Under the pieces are notes generated by a model that searched no databases, was not told the origin of the DNA, and saw only the letters and a list, made by a program, of their open reading frames with translations. Shown one piece after another: positions 61,576 to 64,000 of a DNA stretch of 64,000 nucleotides (position 1 is its first letter; the number at the start of each line of letters is the position of its first letter). The translations under genes were made by a program, and so were the position numbers. Source of the DNA: Stegostoma tigrinum (lineage: Eukaryota). The DNA is taken from positions 76,831,222 to 76,895,221 of the forward strand of contig NC_081354.1 of assembly GCF_030684315.1 (NCBI RefSeq). Reading direction: 5' to 3'.

Positions 61576-62684
61576 TTGGCAACATCATGGCCTGGGGCAA
61601 ATTGGACATACGCTTTCTTTTCACCATCAATGAAAATGTATTTTAAAATCCCCTTGCTAAGTCTTTATGTAGGATTTTTAAAAGATTTTGACTTAATTTG
61701 AGCAAAGGATTAAAATTTCTTAGGAAAGGATATTTATGTGATGGTTGTTAAAATGAAATAAGACAGGGTCCTGACTTGCATGGTATCTGTATAAGTGCTG
61801 GGACCTTTCTCACCCTTCTGAAGTGATTAACCTTGATGATGCCTCAGCAGAACACAATGGATTATTTTTGAGAGATGCTTAGACAAACTAATTACCAAGT
61901 CCCTGCTTGCAAACCCATTCATTCTCTGTATCCATAATAAGGAAGCAGTTCAGTTTCTATTTGGATGATTTCAGCCAAACTTGTATTTGTTTCTCTACAT
62001 TGTTCACAGTATTAGGTTTTATCCGTCCACTTTGGGTTTTTTTTTTCTCTCAGTTGCCATTGAATTATCATGAAGCTGTGCAAGTTTCCTATGGCCCAGC
62101 AACTCAGAGATGAGAGATTTCCTTTTGGAGTGAGTGAAGGTTTCACATAATTGATTGATGGGGAAATAGTTCTTGGTGCATAGATTGGTTGATTCGCGAT
62201 CCTAAAAATCAAACTTCTCTGCAAGAGTTTTCACAACTAAGTGCTGCATTCTAGTAAATTATTGAAGTTTAATTTTCTCTGATTAAAAAATAGATGTCTC
62301 TTTTGAAAATGGTGGATAAAACAGGTTTGCATTTTCACTGGTCCCCTTGTCCTCTGTTCAAACAGTCAATGACCATCTGTAGGCCTCAGCATTTCAGGTC
62401 ATGAGAATCTTTGATTCTGAGAGGCATTCTAGCCAGGCCCAAACTTGATCACACCCAACCTCCCTAGAAGTGGGTGTCTAATAGGGATCATTGGATGGCA
62501 TTTGAGACATGGGCCCAAAGCTGTTTTACACCACTACCAACCTGGGAACCCTGCCACAGATTGCAGTGACTTACTGCCAAAGCCTCAGCTGTCTTTTATT
62601 GAATAAAGTATTTTAAATTCATCTCGTCATATGCCTTGCTTTTCTGCCCTCCAATGATGTTGAAGTATATAACATACTGAGTGC

Positions 62685-62890
62685 AATTGGAATAGAATCA
62701 GTCCACACAGAACCAGGCTATTTGGCCCTTTGTGCTGTGTTGGCCCTTTGAAAAAGCTATCCTTTTGGTGCTAGATCCCTGCTATTTCTGCATAGCTCTG
62801 CAACTCCACTTCTTCCAAATAAATATCAAATAAATATTCAATCTGCGTCTGCCACCCTTTCAGGTGATGTATTCCACATCGTTGCATTCA
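62685..62890 (-). mobile_element. Very old CR1 3' end
   Basis: atagaatc...aggctatttggccc...tctgccaccctttcaggtgatgtattccacatc. Confidence 0.5.
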
Positions 62891-64000
62891 AAGTATAGTT
62901 TATGATACATGAAGTGCAGTTTGTATGCCTCTTCGCCGTGTGATTTTATTTCTAACTGGAGAAAGACAGTGACTGAAAAATTATTTGAGCAGAGGCGTGA
63001 CTGTTGGTCATAAGATGCAACTAATTTCAGCTTCAGAAATGTTCCTGTGTCATGTCTATGTTAATTGGTGAACATTCCTTGCGTTTCTGTGCAGAACATG
63101 AACTTACTCCCACTGCACCTCCCTTAGTTACACACACCAGCAAAGAGAGGAACAGGTAGTGCTTATAGGTTGATGTGTGAAGGGGTGGAGTCTTACTGCA
63201 GTGGAAAGAAAGCTTAAAAAATGTTCTGGTGTTTTTACCAAGTCTTAAGAAGTGATTTAAATTAAACCTTTTCCTTAAACAGCCTGAAACCATTACATTA
63301 ATTACTTTATTTTGGCAGTGTGTGGGTGTTTTGCTAAATTCCCTGGGTGTCAGGTGTTATTTTGTTTCACACAGAAACTGGCAGTCAGTACATCAGAGCA
63401 CGCTGACTTCATAGTTTCAGGTTAAGTTGGTTTTGATTGGTTTGCAGGAGGAAAGTAATTTGAGCCTCCTTTCTATTTGTCTGTTGGACACTTCCTTCTG
63501 CAAGGTGCCCTCGTTGAGATCAGTTGAGTCTTGCTTGCTTTAGGGAAGTCATTCTCATGTTGAAACGTAGTATTAACGCAGGCTCTTAAACTCCTTTGTT
63601 GGTTAATTATTGTTGGGAAGCCTGTGGTACTGGTCTCCATGGAAGAGGTACATCTCCCTGCGTTTACTTGCTGATTTGTGTGCCATGCCTGAGGTATGTG
63701 CTCAACTGCATTTTTTTTTGTTTTCTGCAACAAATACGCAGGAGGAACATTGATGCAAAGACCAGCGCTGACTAGTTCACTGTTTAGAATTCGATTTAGC
63801 CAGATTGCTTTATATTTTATCTTGCAAGTACTATCCAACTTTTCATATATTTATGAAAATTGCTTTCCCTTTGGTCAGCCATATTCACAAGAAACTATTT
63901 GAGTTCTCTTAAAGTAGAGTCGTTTTTTATTATAAGTTGATTTGTTTACTATTTTCTTTGCCAATGAGTCGTTACTTGTAGATAGAAGGAAAGAGCAGGC

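Overview
Repeat-dense vertebrate genomic DNA, most likely a shark (elasmobranch), inferred from the HE1-type V-SINEs, the HER1/CR1-type LINEs and the Deu-domain SINEs. The only host coding sequence I can support is a single 155-nt + strand exon (35331-35485) encoding the C-terminal part of the PDZ domain of a Shroom protein, best matching SHROOM3. The rest of the window appears to be the two very large flanking introns. They are filled with decayed CR1, L2, RTE and Rex1/Babar LINEs, several SINE families and a decayed PIF/Harbinger transposon. The most interesting component is a family of Neptune-type Penelope-like elements (PLEs). It includes two ~2.3-2.5 kb RT + GIY-YIG copies with inverted pseudo-LTRs and target-site duplications (TSDs), one 3' fragment, and several tiny (~100-230 bp) non-coding derivatives, some forming near-perfect foldbacks with their own TSDs. 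Most of these carry a minimal type I hammerhead-ribozyme motif (CUGAnGA-A-stem II-GAAAC-GUC), and four intact-looking copies lie in the sense orientation of the host pre-mRNA. Repeat family names come from recognising motifs by eye, not from database searches, and boundaries of old repeats are approximate.
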